Counted from the first letter of the stretch, positions 9,495-19,878 are shown. The stretch: DNA of 64,000 nucleotides from an uncultured Gammaproteobacteria bacterium (GCA_964422865.1 CAYRCU010000002.1:8323-72322), one strand, 5' to 3'. Made by a program: numbers and translations. The notes: generated by a model from the sequence alone, not told the origin.

Positions 9495-10480
9495 GTGAAG
9501 TTCAACTTTTTTCTATTGGGGATACAACTTATGATACTTTTATGTCTCCGAGAGAGATGGAGACATTGTGCCGGTTAGACAAACATGAATGTTATGTGGC
9601 TTTTTCTTTTGGGGAGAAAATTCCTGTGAGCAATCTAGAGTTTAGTGTTGGAGGAAATGCCGCAAACAATGCGGTTGGAGTGAGCCGTTTGGGTGTGAAG
9701 GTGGGTTTGGTTAGTACATTTGGGGATGATGATGTCAGTGAACAGATTAAAAAACATCTTTTGGAGGAGAAAGTGAACCTTACTTATTCACGGGTGCAAG
9801 ACGGAAGCGGCAGTAATTTTTCGACGATTATAAATTATGGTGGTGAAAGAACAATATTTACATATAGGCCTGTAAGAGAGTATGTTTTTCCGAAGGATTT
9901 ACCAGGATCTGCGTGGGCGTATTTGACGAGTATGGCAGAGAACTTTGAGAGGTATTATGAAGAGGTTGTCGGGTGGGTTAAAAAATATGATGTGAAGCTT
10001 GCTTTTAACCCGGGGAGCAGGCAAGTTCGAGCAGGTGTGGAGAGAATTAAGAATGTTCTTTCTGTGACGCATGTTTTGTATGTGAATAGAAATGAGGCTG
10101 AGAGGTTGACGGGATTTGGAGACTCGAGAGGAAAAGACAAGGAACTTTTGGCAGCGGTTTGTGCGCTGGGACCTAAGATGTCGATTGTGACCGATGGTAA
10201 TTTGGGGAGCTTGGCGTATGATGGAAAGAAGTTTTATAAAGCCGGAGTGCTACCTGTGGATGCGTTTGAAAGGACCGGTGCGGGGGATGGTTTTGGGTCC
10301 GGATGTGTTGCGGCACTTATTTATGGGAAGAGCTTTAAGGAAGCTCTTTTGTGGGGTACGATAAACGGTGCGAGTGTGATTGGGTATGTTGGAAGTCAAA
10401 AGGGACTTCTTACGAGGGACCGGATGCCTGAGTGGCTTGAGAGAGTGGAAAGTTGTAATGTGGAGGTGGAGGAAATATAG
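9491..10480 (+). CDS. PfkB-family carbohydrate/nucleoside kinase
   Basis: GGNAANNAVGVSRLG N-terminal motif and TGAGDGFGSG ATP-binding motif of the ribokinase/PfkB family. Confidence 0.7.
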   Translation: MSEVQLFSIGDTTYDTFMSPREMETLCRLDKHECYVAFSFGEKIPVSNLEFSVGGNAANNAVGVSRLGVKVGLVSTFGDDDVSEQIKKHLLEEKVNLTYSRVQDGSGSNFSTIINYGGERTIFTYRPVREYVFPKDLPGSAWAYLTSMAENFERYYEEVVGWVKKYDVKLAFNPGSRQVRAGVERIKNVLSVTHVLYVNRNEAERLTGFGDSRGKDKELLAAVCALGPKMSIVTDGNLGSLAYDGKKFYKAGVLPVDAFERTGAGDGFGSGCVAALIYGKSFKEALLWGTINGASVIGYVGSQKGLLTRDRMPEWLERVESCNVEVEEI

Positions 10481-10481
10481 A

Positions 10482-11471
10482 ATGATAAAAATATTTGTAA
10501 CGAGAAAGATTCCCGGGGAGGCACTTAGCAGATTGGCTGGTGAGGGGCGTGAAGTAAGTGTTTCTGAGTTTGACAGACCTTTGTCTCCTGAGGAATTGAT
10601 TGAGAGGGCAAGGGGAGCTGATGGGGTATTATCGCTTCTTGTCGACAAGATTGATGGAGAGGTGATGGATGCTGTGGGGCCGCAGCTTAAGATTATTTCT
10701 AATTATGCTGTGGGATTTGATAATGTTGATGTGGAAGCTGCGACGGAACGAGGAATAGTTGTTACAAATACTCCCTCTGATGAAGTTAATGAAGCTGTGG
10801 CGGAGCACGCGTGGGCGCTTCTTATGTCGCTTGCCAGACGAGTGGTGGAAGCAGATGAAAGTACGAGGAGGGGTTCTTATAAGGGTTGGGAGCCGGGAAT
10901 ATTTTTGGGAACAAGTTTGCGCAACAAAACTTTGGGGATTGTGGGGCTCGGAAGGATAGGTACTATGGTGGCAAAGAAGGCTGTGGGTTTTGAGATGAAA
11001 GTTTTGTATAACAAGAGAAGTCGAGATGAGAAAACGGAGCGGGAGCTTGGATTGGAGTTTGCAGAGCTTGGTGATTTGCTGGGGAGAAGTGATTTTGTGA
11101 GCTTGCATGTGCCGTTGACTGAGGAGACAAGACATATGATAAATAGTGAGACAATTGATCAAATGAAGGATGGTGCGTTTTTGATAAACACGGCAAGAGG
11201 AGCTGTGGTACGCGAGGCGGAACTTGTAGATGCTTTGAGGAAAGGTAAGATAGGTGCGGCCGCGCTGGATGTGTTTGATAATGAACCTAATATTAATCCG
11301 GAGCTTATTTCTATGGAGAATGTGATATTGACGCCCCATATTGCAAGTGCGACGCGTGAAGCCAGAGATAAGATGGGGGAGCAGGCTGTCGGAGCGATTT
11401 TAGACATTTTTTCCGACAGGAAACCTGAGAATGTTGTAAATAGAGAGGTGTGGGAAAAAAGGAGAAAATAA
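10482..11471 (+). CDS. D-isomer-specific 2-hydroxyacid dehydrogenase (glyoxylate/hydroxypyruvate reductase-like)
   Basis: GLGRIGTMVAKKA NAD-binding motif; catalytic-domain layout; ATG follows a GGAGG RBS; internal start chosen over the longer ORF. Confidence 0.75.
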   Translation: MIKIFVTRKIPGEALSRLAGEGREVSVSEFDRPLSPEELIERARGADGVLSLLVDKIDGEVMDAVGPQLKIISNYAVGFDNVDVEAATERGIVVTNTPSDEVNEAVAEHAWALLMSLARRVVEADESTRRGSYKGWEPGIFLGTSLRNKTLGIVGLGRIGTMVAKKAVGFEMKVLYNKRSRDEKTERELGLEFAELGDLLGRSDFVSLHVPLTEETRHMINSETIDQMKDGAFLINTARGAVVREAELVDALRKGKIGAAALDVFDNEPNINPELISMENVILTPHIASATREARDKMGEQAVGAILDIFSDRKPENVVNREVWEKRRK

Positions 11472-11495
11472 TCCTTTTTGGCACAAAATTGAAAT

Positions 11496-12470
11496 ATGGG
11501 GAGAGATGAGAGAGATGTGAGACAAAAGAAGGAGAAGCGTGAAACAAAAAGACCGTGGGGGAAGTGGGAGAGATATTTTGTTATGTTGGTGATTTTGACT
11601 ACTGTTGGGGTTTCTGCGGTTTTGGGTTTAAGCGCCAGAAAATGGAAACTTCCCGGACTTCCAAGATTCAAGTTGCCCAAGATAAGCCTTGAGAGGACGT
11701 ATGTTATTGATGGAGGAGGCCGAGAGATGGATTTTTCTTTACTTGAGAGCGGGGTTTTTGAAATAACTCGTGACTTGACGGGACTTTATGCTGTGAGGTT
11801 TGTGGGTCTTAGAAGCGGGAGGGAGTGGGGATTTAATGACAGGGAGATTGTGCAGGCGGCATCGTTAATGAAACTTCCATTGATGGCTCTTTCTTACAAG
11901 CAGGCTTTGGAGGGAGAATTAGATTTGGAGGAGACTTATGAATTAAAGGCGGCGGATAAGATAGGTGGGAGTGGAAGCATGTATGGTGAAAAAGAGGGGA
12001 AGATTTACACGTACGGAAGACTTCTTGAGCTTATGGGAAAACAGAGTGATAATACGGCTTTTAATGTGATGCGCAAAATGTTTGGGGACGAAATGATTCA
12101 GGAGTATATTTATGAGATTGGGATGGAGGATACTAGTGTGTCGGAAAATGAGACGACGGCATTTGATATGGGGCTTTTTTTTAGTAGGCTTTGGAGAGGT
12201 GAGTTGATTGGTGTTGAGATGCGGGATGTGATGCTTGCGAGTTTGACTGATACGGCTTTTGAGAGATGGATGAGGGCTGGAATTCCTGAGAATGTGGTTG
12301 TTTCACACAAATACGGCAGGGAAATACATGTTGTGAATGATGCCGGTATTGTGATGGCTGAGAGAGAGCCGTTTGTGCTTGTGATTATGAGTGATGGAGT
12401 GGTGGAGGCAGAGGCGGATGAGGCAATTTCCGAGCTTGCCAGGGTGGTGTGGGAGTTTCAAGAGCGGTGA
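11496..12470 (+). CDS. class A beta-lactamase-like serine hydrolase, membrane-anchored
   Basis: N-terminal TM helix; SLMK (SxxK) and SDNTA (SDN) motifs; sits next to the cell-wall synthesis genes. Confidence 0.5.
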   Translation: MGRDERDVRQKKEKRETKRPWGKWERYFVMLVILTTVGVSAVLGLSARKWKLPGLPRFKLPKISLERTYVIDGGGREMDFSLLESGVFEITRDLTGLYAVRFVGLRSGREWGFNDREIVQAASLMKLPLMALSYKQALEGELDLEETYELKAADKIGGSGSMYGEKEGKIYTYGRLLELMGKQSDNTAFNVMRKMFGDEMIQEYIYEIGMEDTSVSENETTAFDMGLFFSRLWRGELIGVEMRDVMLASLTDTAFERWMRAGIPENVVVSHKYGREIHVVNDAGIVMAEREPFVLVIMSDGVVEAEADEAISELARVVWEFQER

Positions 12471-12476
12471 GTAGGT

Positions 12477-13571
12477 TTATGTTTCGTCCAGAATTGCCGC
12501 CATTAGTGCCATTCTTGTGACCAGGCCATATCTCATTTGACGCATATATGCTGCTCTTGGGTCTTTATCAACTTCGCGGCTGATTTCACCGACCCGCGGT
12601 AAGGGGTGCATTATTACTGTTTTTGCTTTTGCTCTTTTAAGCTTTTGTGGGTTTATGATGTATCCTTCGACTGCTTTTTGATACGTGGTGCGGCCAACTC
12701 TTTCGGCCACTTCTGTTATATGTTGTTTTCCGGCGACTGTTGCTATTTCTTCTCCAAGTCTTTTTGCGATTTCTTCTGCGGCTTGCTTGGCGAACCATTC
12801 GCTTTGGACTCTGGTTACGTAGAGCACGTCTGTTTCTTTGAGCAGGCGATCTAATTCTCCGTTGTTTCCGATTTGTACTTTGGCCCCTTTTTTTTCGAGG
12901 AATTCAACTATTTCGTCCGGCATTTTAAGTTCTTCTGGGGATATGAAGTTGAATTTAATGTTGCGGCCGTAGAGTACAGGCAGTTTCGCGAGAGATTTTA
13001 TTGTTCTTCCGTTTAGCATATCTCCAGTTGCTGTTAATACAAGATTATCTGTTCTTTTTAGTTCCTCTCTGATTGTGTAGAGATCCAGGATGGCCTGTGT
13101 TGGGTGTTCGAGTCTACCGGATCCGGCGTTTATGATTGGTACTTTGGATACTTGTGCCGCTTCGATTGAAGAGAAGTCATTGGGATGCCTTAGAATGATG
13201 AGGTCGGCGGCGGTTGTTTGTTCGATTGACGAGATGGTGTCGGGCAGGGATTCACCTTTTACAGCTGATGAGTATGCACTCATTCCATGAAATGGTTCGA
13301 CTCTTTGGCATCCGAGCCAGTGTGCTGCAGCCTGGAAGGAGCTAAAAGTTCTTGTACTTGGTTGGTAAAAGAGCAATGCGATGGTGTTATTTGAAAGCTC
13401 GGTTCCTTGAATTTTTTTGTTGACTCTTTCTTGCATGTGGTCAGCCAGTTCGAATAAATAGTCGAGTTGTTCGGGGTGAGTTATTTGCTCGACTGATATG
13501 AGGTCTTGTGCGAGGAAAGGATTGTCGACATGGAGTTCTTTTTCTCTTGACTTGTAAATTCTTTCACTCAT
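12477..13571 (-). CDS. pyrB: aspartate carbamoyltransferase catalytic chain-like
   Basis: STRTFSSFQ (STRTR carbamoyl-phosphate motif), HPTQ, and C-terminal MHPLPR motifs; N-terminal extension relative to canonical PyrB. Confidence 0.65.
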   Translation of the reverse strand: MSERIYKSREKELHVDNPFLAQDLISVEQITHPEQLDYLFELADHMQERVNKKIQGTELSNNTIALLFYQPSTRTFSSFQAAAHWLGCQRVEPFHGMSAYSSAVKGESLPDTISSIEQTTAADLIILRHPNDFSSIEAAQVSKVPIINAGSGRLEHPTQAILDLYTIREELKRTDNLVLTATGDMLNGRTIKSLAKLPVLYGRNIKFNFISPEELKMPDEIVEFLEKKGAKVQIGNNGELDRLLKETDVLYVTRVQSEWFAKQAAEEIAKRLGEEIATVAGKQHITEVAERVGRTTYQKAVEGYIINPQKLKRAKAKTVIMHPLPRVGEISREVDKDPRAAYMRQMRYGLVTRMALMAAILDET

Positions 13572-13630
13572 AAAAAAGAGTTTTTTTGTAACTTCCTAAT
13601 TGTTGAATTTAGTGATTTTATCTTTTAATG

Positions 13631-15874
13631 TCAAGGATTCGATCTTTCTGTTGAAGCTGAAGAGGGGAGGAGTTTGGGAGGAAGGCTTATGTATTCCGGA
13701 TTGCAGTGGACTGCGGGTTTATTTTCAACGAGGAACCATTCCAGGCGGGTCGGACAATTTTTACAAGGAAGAGTTCCGGTAAGAGAGCAAATCGGAATTT
13801 GTACAAGACCATCCGGGACTTTCCAGGGGTGATTAGGGCTTTGGGCGACTAATGTCGACATGATTTTATTCCAGATAGGGGAGGCTCCTGTTATTCCTGA
13901 AGCCACTCTGGCCATGGGGGAAGAGTCGTTGTTTCCGACCCACGTTGAAACAAGATAGTTTTGATTGTAGCCGATTGTTATATTGTCTTTGAGATTGTTG
14001 CTGGTTCCTGTTTTAACTGCGATTTCCGGGTGATTTGGAATGGAGAGAGTACTGTGGATTCCGAAGGCGGGAGAACGGGCCAGATTGTCACTGAGAATAT
14101 CTGTAAGCATGAAGGCAACTCTTGGATCGAGGACATGCTCTTTTTTGGCAGCTTTTTGTTCGAAAAGAGTGTCTCCTTTGTGGTTTGTGATTTTTTGGAT
14201 TGAAATAATTTCCGGGCGCATTCCGTAATTTGCGATGGTTGCGTAGACTCTGGAGAGATCTATCAGGCGAACGTCGCCACCACCCAGGGTTAGGGCAAGA
14301 CCGTATTGATCGGAATTTGCCCATGTTGTTATTCCCATTTTTTTGCCCAGATCGAGCATTTTTGCAACGCCGTAGCTGTTTAATACTCTTACGGCGGGGA
14401 TATTTCTTGATTCTGCAAGCGCGCTTCTTAAAGTGATGTTGCCGCGAAATTTGCCATCATAATTTTTGGGTGTGTAGGGAGGTGCACCTCTTACATAGAA
14501 AGTTGTGGGAATGTCACTTAAGATGCTTGCGGGAGTATAGCCGTTTGAGAGTGCATGGGCATAGTTGATTACTTTTATTGAACTGCCTGGTTGACGGAGT
14601 CGGAGCAGAACATTTACGTTTCCGTCGTTTTCTATGTCGAAATAATCTTTTGAACCGACCATTGCAAGGATTTCTCCGGTTTGAGTGTTTAGTACCAGAG
14701 CAGCTCCGTTTTTGACGTTGAGGTGTTGAATTTTTTCAATTTCGGATTTTACTGCTTCTTCTGCGAGTGTCTGGATTTTTAGATCCAGAGTTGTTGTCAC
14801 TTCCAAGCCGCCTTGGTTGACAAGCCCTTCTCCGTATTTGTTAACAAGTGTTTCGCGGATATACATGACGAAATGCGGGGCACGAATCGGGGTTTGGTTT
14901 TTTGCAAACTTAAGCTTCTCGTTTTTTGCTTTTTCTGCGAGGTTTTTTGTTATAAATCCGTTTATTTGCATGAGGTTTATTACTTCTTTTTGTCTTTGTA
15001 TGGCTTTTTCGGGATTGTGACTGAATGGAGAGAGGCGGGTGGGGCTTTTAGGGAGGCCGGCAAGAAGAGCGGCCTCGGCCAGGGAAATATTTTTCACGCT
15101 TTTTTTGAAGTAGTATTGTGAGGCTTCTTCTATGCCGTATGTGGTTCCTCCGTAGGGGACTTCGTTGAGATACATTTCGAGGATTTCTTCTTTGGAGTAT
15201 CTTTGTTCTACGAGAACTGCGAGTATGAGTTCTTTTATTTTTCTTGGAATGGTGCGCTCAGGGGAGAGGAGGGCATTTTTGACGAGTTGTTGTGTAATGG
15301 TGGAGCCTCCCTGGACCTTACCCTCTTTTGTGTACTTTAGAATGGAGCGAATGATCCCTCTTACGGAGAACCCCGGGTGGCTGAAAAATTCTGCGTCCTC
15401 GGCGGCGAGAGTTGCAAGCTGAACATGAAGGGGAACTTCTTTTAAACTCACCAGACTTCTGTTTTGATCTTTGTAAATTTTGTAGAGCAGGTGCCCGTTT
15501 CTGTCGTAGATTTTTGTGGAGACCTCGATATTTCTGGTTGAAAGTTCATTTGGAGAAGGAAGGTTTCTTAAGAGGGTAAGCCAGATAAATGATGAGGTGA
15601 TGAGAATGGTGAGAATGATGTAAATGACTTTTTTGTGTGGGTAATATTTGAATTTTGGGATGTGGATGATTGGTTTTTGAAGTGTAAGGGATGGAAATTT
15701 TAGAGTGGGCAACTTGGGAAAGGTAAATTTTAGAAAGGCGAGATTTGGGAGGGGTGGTTTGCGGAGATATTTTTTTATTAGTTCTATTGCGATGGAGAAA
15801 GCGATAACTGAATATATGATGAGAAAGAATACAGGGCGACCGATTGCGGTGAGAATTTTTTGGAGAGATTTCAT
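13631..15874 (-). CDS. class A penicillin-binding protein (bifunctional transglycosylase/transpeptidase, PBP1A-like)
   Basis: GT51 motifs EDAEFFSHPGF and GGSTITQQLVKN; transpeptidase SSIK; N-terminal TM anchor. Confidence 0.85.
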   Translation of the reverse strand: MKSLQKILTAIGRPVFFLIIYSVIAFSIAIELIKKYLRKPPLPNLAFLKFTFPKLPTLKFPSLTLQKPIIHIPKFKYYPHKKVIYIILTILITSSFIWLTLLRNLPSPNELSTRNIEVSTKIYDRNGHLLYKIYKDQNRSLVSLKEVPLHVQLATLAAEDAEFFSHPGFSVRGIIRSILKYTKEGKVQGGSTITQQLVKNALLSPERTIPRKIKELILAVLVEQRYSKEEILEMYLNEVPYGGTTYGIEEASQYYFKKSVKNISLAEAALLAGLPKSPTRLSPFSHNPEKAIQRQKEVINLMQINGFITKNLAEKAKNEKLKFAKNQTPIRAPHFVMYIRETLVNKYGEGLVNQGGLEVTTTLDLKIQTLAEEAVKSEIEKIQHLNVKNGAALVLNTQTGEILAMVGSKDYFDIENDGNVNVLLRLRQPGSSIKVINYAHALSNGYTPASILSDIPTTFYVRGAPPYTPKNYDGKFRGNITLRSALAESRNIPAVRVLNSYGVAKMLDLGKKMGITTWANSDQYGLALTLGGGDVRLIDLSRVYATIANYGMRPEIISIQKITNHKGDTLFEQKAAKKEHVLDPRVAFMLTDILSDNLARSPAFGIHSTLSIPNHPEIAVKTGTSNNLKDNITIGYNQNYLVSTWVGNNDSSPMARVASGITGASPIWNKIMSTLVAQSPNHPWKVPDGLVQIPICSLTGTLPCKNCPTRLEWFLVENKPAVHCNPEYISLPPKLLPSSASTERSNP

Positions 15875-15952
15875 GCCCTATATAATATCAATATATTGAG
15901 GCTGATTGAAGTGGGAAATTTACTTTTTAGTTTAGTCTATAGTGTAAGGGAT

Positions 15953-18157
15953 TTATTGGTTCACAGGGTACTGAACGGTGGTTGGGGTTGTGGGTGGGGG
16001 ACAAGTGAGACAGATGGTTGTTCCCGTTGGGTCGAAAACAACAAGGTGGTTTTGCATTTCGATGTTTTCCGGTGGAGTGTTTTTTGCTGCTTGGGTTTGG
16101 GTGGTTTTGTCGATTGCTATGTCTTGCCGGAAGGCTCCTTCTGCGGGAAGATAATTTTTGAGAAAGAATTCAAAACGCATCGGACAATCTGTATTGTCAC
16201 CCCCCGGGAGAGTGCCTGAGTTTGCACAGATGTTTTTACCTATTACGTCGGGCGGTCTTAGTGGCCATGCGTGGCCCTGATCGTCTTGGTTATAAAATCC
16301 CTCTTCGGCCTTGTTGAGTGCTTCTTTTATCACTTTGTTAAAAATTGGAGAGGCTCCCGATACTCCTGAGACGGCTCCGCTCATGGGAGAGTTGTCGTTG
16401 TTTCCTACCCATGAGACAACTACGATGTGGCCGGTGTAGCCTATTGTCCAATTATCGCGGCGATTGTTTGTTGTACCTGTTTTTACTGAAACTTCCGGGT
16501 GTCCTGTAATATTTAGGTATGAATTTGTGCCGAAGGCCTGTGCGCGGGCGTTATTGTCGTGAAGGATGTGGGAAATAATGAAACTTGTAGCAGGATCCAG
16601 GACCCTGTCGCCGTATTCTGCATTTGTGTTTTCTTCGAAGAGCACTTTACCTTTCCAATCTTCCACTTTGAGGATTGAGATGAGGGGCTGTTTTATTCCC
16701 TGGTTTGCGAAGACTCCGAAAGCTACTGCCATGTCAAACGGGCGCACCTCGCCACCACCGAGAGTAAGGGAGAGACCGAAAGCGCTGGGATCGGTGAATG
16801 TTGTTATACCCATTGTGCGCGCAAACTCGATGAAGTTTTCCAGGCCGTTGAGCGCAAGGACGCGAACGGCGGGAATATTGTAGGAATTGCCAAGAGCGAA
16901 GCGGACTTGAGTTGCACCATGAAACTGACCGTCGTAGTTTACCGGACAGTAGGGTTTTTGTCCCGAAACCAAAAAGCAGGTTGGGATGTCTGCGAGTGCT
17001 GTTGAGGCGGTTAATTTCCCGTCTCGGATTGCAAGTGCGTAGTTTAAAGGTTTTATGGAAGAGCCGGGTTGTCGTCGTGCGAATATGATGTTTACTTTTC
17101 CATCTTCATCTTCGGCAAAATAATCTTTTGAACCAACCATTGCAAGGATTTCTCCTGACGCGGGACGAGTGACCATGGCTGCACCGTTCCCCACATTTTG
17201 TTTGCTGAGCTTGCTGACTTCCTCTTGGACTGCTTGTTGGGTAAATTCTTGAAGCTTGAGATCCAAGGTTGTTGTGACGCGAAGCCCTCCTCGTTCTACT
17301 ACTGCCTCACCGTATTTTTCCGCCAGGGTCTCTTTTACCCAGAGAGCGAAGTGTGGTGCTTTTAAGCTTTTCGGTTTTGCAAAAACAAGCTCTTCGTTTT
17401 CTGCTTTTTGGGCTTCTTCTTTGCTGATATAGCCGTCTTCAACCATGCGCCGCAGGACGGTTTTTTGTCTGTTTTTTGCATACTCCGGATGGGCTCCGAA
17501 CGGAGAGTACCGAGATGGAGCTGCGGGGAGACCTGCAAGGAGAGCTGATTCAGCTAGGGACAAATCTTTTGCACTTTTATTGAAATATAGTTCTGAGGCG
17601 GCGCCTATGCCATATGCTGTTGAACCGTATGGAATTTGATCAAGATATGCTTGGAGTATTTTTTCTTTTGAATGTCTTGTTTCGATAAAAGCGGCGAGGA
17701 CAAATTCACGAATTTTTCGACGAATTGTCCGCTCGGGGGAGAGAAGGGTGTTTTTTACGAGTTGTTGGGTGAGGGTGGACCCTCCCTCCAATTTCTTTTT
17801 GAAAATTGTTTTGTAGGCTGCTCTTGTAATACCCGTGATGGAAAAGCCGTGGTGGCGAAAGAAATCTTTGTCTTCTATTGCGATGGTTGCCTGCCAAACG
17901 TGGTCGGGCAGTTCTTCCAGGGGAATTGGAGTGCGCCGTTGGTCTGCGTAGATTTCGTAGATGAGATTGCCGTTTCTGTCAAAGAGCTTTGTCGAGACAG
18001 CCGGGGCGTTTCCGAACTGTGTAGGGAGAGGAATTCCCCAGAATAGCCAAAGAAACGTAAGTAACAGCCCTGCTGTGAAAAAGAGTGTTATAGCCTTTTT
18101 TCTTGTGAGTTTGTTTTTTTTGATTTTGTTGATTAGTTTTTTTAGTAAAGTTGGCAT
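15953..18157 (-). CDS. class A penicillin-binding protein (PBP1A-like), tandem paralog
   Basis: EDKDFFRHHGF, GGSTLTQQLVKN, SSIK; N-terminal TM; same architecture as the downstream paralog. Confidence 0.85.
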   Translation of the reverse strand: MPTLLKKLINKIKKNKLTRKKAITLFFTAGLLLTFLWLFWGIPLPTQFGNAPAVSTKLFDRNGNLIYEIYADQRRTPIPLEELPDHVWQATIAIEDKDFFRHHGFSITGITRAAYKTIFKKKLEGGSTLTQQLVKNTLLSPERTIRRKIREFVLAAFIETRHSKEKILQAYLDQIPYGSTAYGIGAASELYFNKSAKDLSLAESALLAGLPAAPSRYSPFGAHPEYAKNRQKTVLRRMVEDGYISKEEAQKAENEELVFAKPKSLKAPHFALWVKETLAEKYGEAVVERGGLRVTTTLDLKLQEFTQQAVQEEVSKLSKQNVGNGAAMVTRPASGEILAMVGSKDYFAEDEDGKVNIIFARRQPGSSIKPLNYALAIRDGKLTASTALADIPTCFLVSGQKPYCPVNYDGQFHGATQVRFALGNSYNIPAVRVLALNGLENFIEFARTMGITTFTDPSAFGLSLTLGGGEVRPFDMAVAFGVFANQGIKQPLISILKVEDWKGKVLFEENTNAEYGDRVLDPATSFIISHILHDNNARAQAFGTNSYLNITGHPEVSVKTGTTNNRRDNWTIGYTGHIVVVSWVGNNDNSPMSGAVSGVSGASPIFNKVIKEALNKAEEGFYNQDDQGHAWPLRPPDVIGKNICANSGTLPGGDNTDCPMRFEFFLKNYLPAEGAFRQDIAIDKTTQTQAAKNTPPENIEMQNHLVVFDPTGTTICLTCPPPTTPTTVQYPVNQ

Positions 18158-18185
18158 ATGCAGGAATATATTTTAAACTATTTGC

Positions 18186-18695
18186 ATGATGAGTATAAGT
18201 GATTTGGAAGGAAGGCCGTGGTGGGGAGAGCTGAAGAGTGATATTAAGGAGTTGTTGAGAGAGTCGGTGGTTCTTCTTGTTGAAGCTCGGAGGTGGGATT
18301 ATAAGTTTCATGACTATTCGTTTGTTGTGTTTCCTGCGGCCAAGGCATATGAGGGATTTTTGAAAGGTTTTTTTCTTTCTTCCGGGCTGATTTCCAAAAA
18401 GGATTATTACGGGAGGCATTTTAGGATAGGGAAGGCTTTGAACCCTGACCTGGAAGAGAGGTATAAAAATGATGATTGGGTATATGAGAGGCTTTCAAAG
18501 TATTGCGGTGGGCCGGGTTTGCCCAGGAAGCTTTGGGATACCTGGAGAAAGGCGAGAAATTTGGTGTTTCATTGGTTTCCGGAGGAGAGAAATGCGGTGG
18601 ATTTGAGAGAGGCCGAGGATCGAGTAGAGATGGTTATTGGGGCGATTGACGAGATACACAAAAGCTGTGGAGTGGGGTCAAATAAAAAACTATGA
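18186..18695 (+). CDS. hypothetical protein (possible HEPN-like Rx4H motif)
   Basis: 169 aa; RNLVFH fits the Rx4-6H pattern; overlaps the start of the following CPBP gene by 4 nt (operon). Confidence 0.35.
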   Translation: MMSISDLEGRPWWGELKSDIKELLRESVVLLVEARRWDYKFHDYSFVVFPAAKAYEGFLKGFFLSSGLISKKDYYGRHFRIGKALNPDLEERYKNDDWVYERLSKYCGGPGLPRKLWDTWRKARNLVFHWFPEERNAVDLREAEDRVEMVIGAIDEIHKSCGVGSNKKL

Positions 18696-19345
18696 TAGAG
18701 GCAGACGCAAAACTGACGAGACTTAAATATGCTTTGGGTTTTTTTTCCTACCTTCTTGTTGTGTGGGGTTTTTACAGGCTTATTTTTGAATTTCCCGAGT
18801 GGGTGGAAGAGATTGTCTTGAAACCCTTGATTTGGCTTGTTCCGATGGTGTTTTTGATTGTTAAAGAGAAGTCGACCCTTTCTGAGATTGGGGTTAATTT
18901 TAGGAATTTGAGTAAAACGATGTATTTTGTACTTGCGTTGGGAGTTTTGTTTGTTCTTGAGGCAATGGGTTTAAATTACTTGAAACACGGAGGTTTGAAT
19001 TTTGCAGGTGAGATTGGCGGAGCGTTTTGGTATGTTTTTGGGATTTCATTGGTAACGGCAATTGTTGAGGAGCTTGTGTACAGAGGCTATATTTTTAGTA
19101 GGGTTTGGGATGCTATGAGTAATGAGTGGGTCTCAAATTTGGTGACGAGTGTTGGTTGGACGATACTTCATTTTCCGGTGGCGCTTTTTGGCTGGGAGTT
19201 GAGAGGTTTTGCTTTTGTGATAACGATGGGGTTGGTTTTTATTTTTTCGATGGGTAGTGGGTTTATTTTTGCCAGGACCAGGAATGTTTTTGGGTCGATA
19301 TTGCTTCATCTTTTATGGCAGTGGCCAATAATACTATTTAGATAG
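18692..19345 (+). CDS. CPBP family intramembrane metalloprotease (CAAX protease/Abi-like)
   Basis: Multi-pass membrane protein with EELVYRGY (EExxxR), ILHFP and LLHLLWQ motifs of the CPBP/Abi family. Confidence 0.7.
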   Translation: MIEADAKLTRLKYALGFFSYLLVVWGFYRLIFEFPEWVEEIVLKPLIWLVPMVFLIVKEKSTLSEIGVNFRNLSKTMYFVLALGVLFVLEAMGLNYLKHGGLNFAGEIGGAFWYVFGISLVTAIVEELVYRGYIFSRVWDAMSNEWVSNLVTSVGWTILHFPVALFGWELRGFAFVITMGLVFIFSMGSGFIFARTRNVFGSILLHLLWQWPIILFR

Positions 19346-19371
19346 GGAAGAAATAGGGAAGAAAGGGGGTT

Positions 19372-19824
19372 TTAAAGTTGTGTGACGACGAAGACTGCTG
19401 GATCTTCCGGAGTGCCTGTGAGGAGTCCGCAGTCCGTGGTTCTTTCCGGATCGTTTTGGTTCTCCAGGACTGCTTCCAGTTTGTATCTTTGATTTCTTTC
19501 TGAAATAGCTCCTCCTGAACAGTCCGTGTTATCGTAGGTGTATCGGTGCGGACTTGTTCCTATCGGGTCTTCAGGAATTTCTTTTATGTAGGTTGGGGTG
19601 AGTACTCCGAGGACAGAAGATGCCCTGCCGCTTGTTTCCGGATATTCGTTGTTGTCTGAATAATACATTTCGAGGGCGGTTTGGATAGCTTTTATGTCAC
19701 TTTTTCTTTTTGCGTCGCGACCTTTGACAAGGGCGCCCCTGAGTGAAGCGACACCCAGGACTGCGAGGATCCCTATGATTGCAATGACTATTAGGAGCTC
19801 GATGAGGGTGAAGCTTTTTCTCAT
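19372..19824 (-). CDS. type IV pilin-like protein (prepilin-type N-terminal domain)
   Basis: MRKSFTLIELLIVIAIIGILA N-terminal cleavage/methylation-type hydrophobic segment. Confidence 0.7.
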   Translation of the reverse strand: MRKSFTLIELLIVIAIIGILAVLGVASLRGALVKGRDAKRKSDIKAIQTALEMYYSDNNEYPETSGRASSVLGVLTPTYIKEIPEDPIGTSPHRYTYDNTDCSGGAISERNQRYKLEAVLENQNDPERTTDCGLLTGTPEDPAVFVVTQL

Positions 19825-19878
19825 GTTGTGTTTTTAGCTTACGATGTTTTTGTGAGAGTTGTCAATGAGTGAAGGGTT

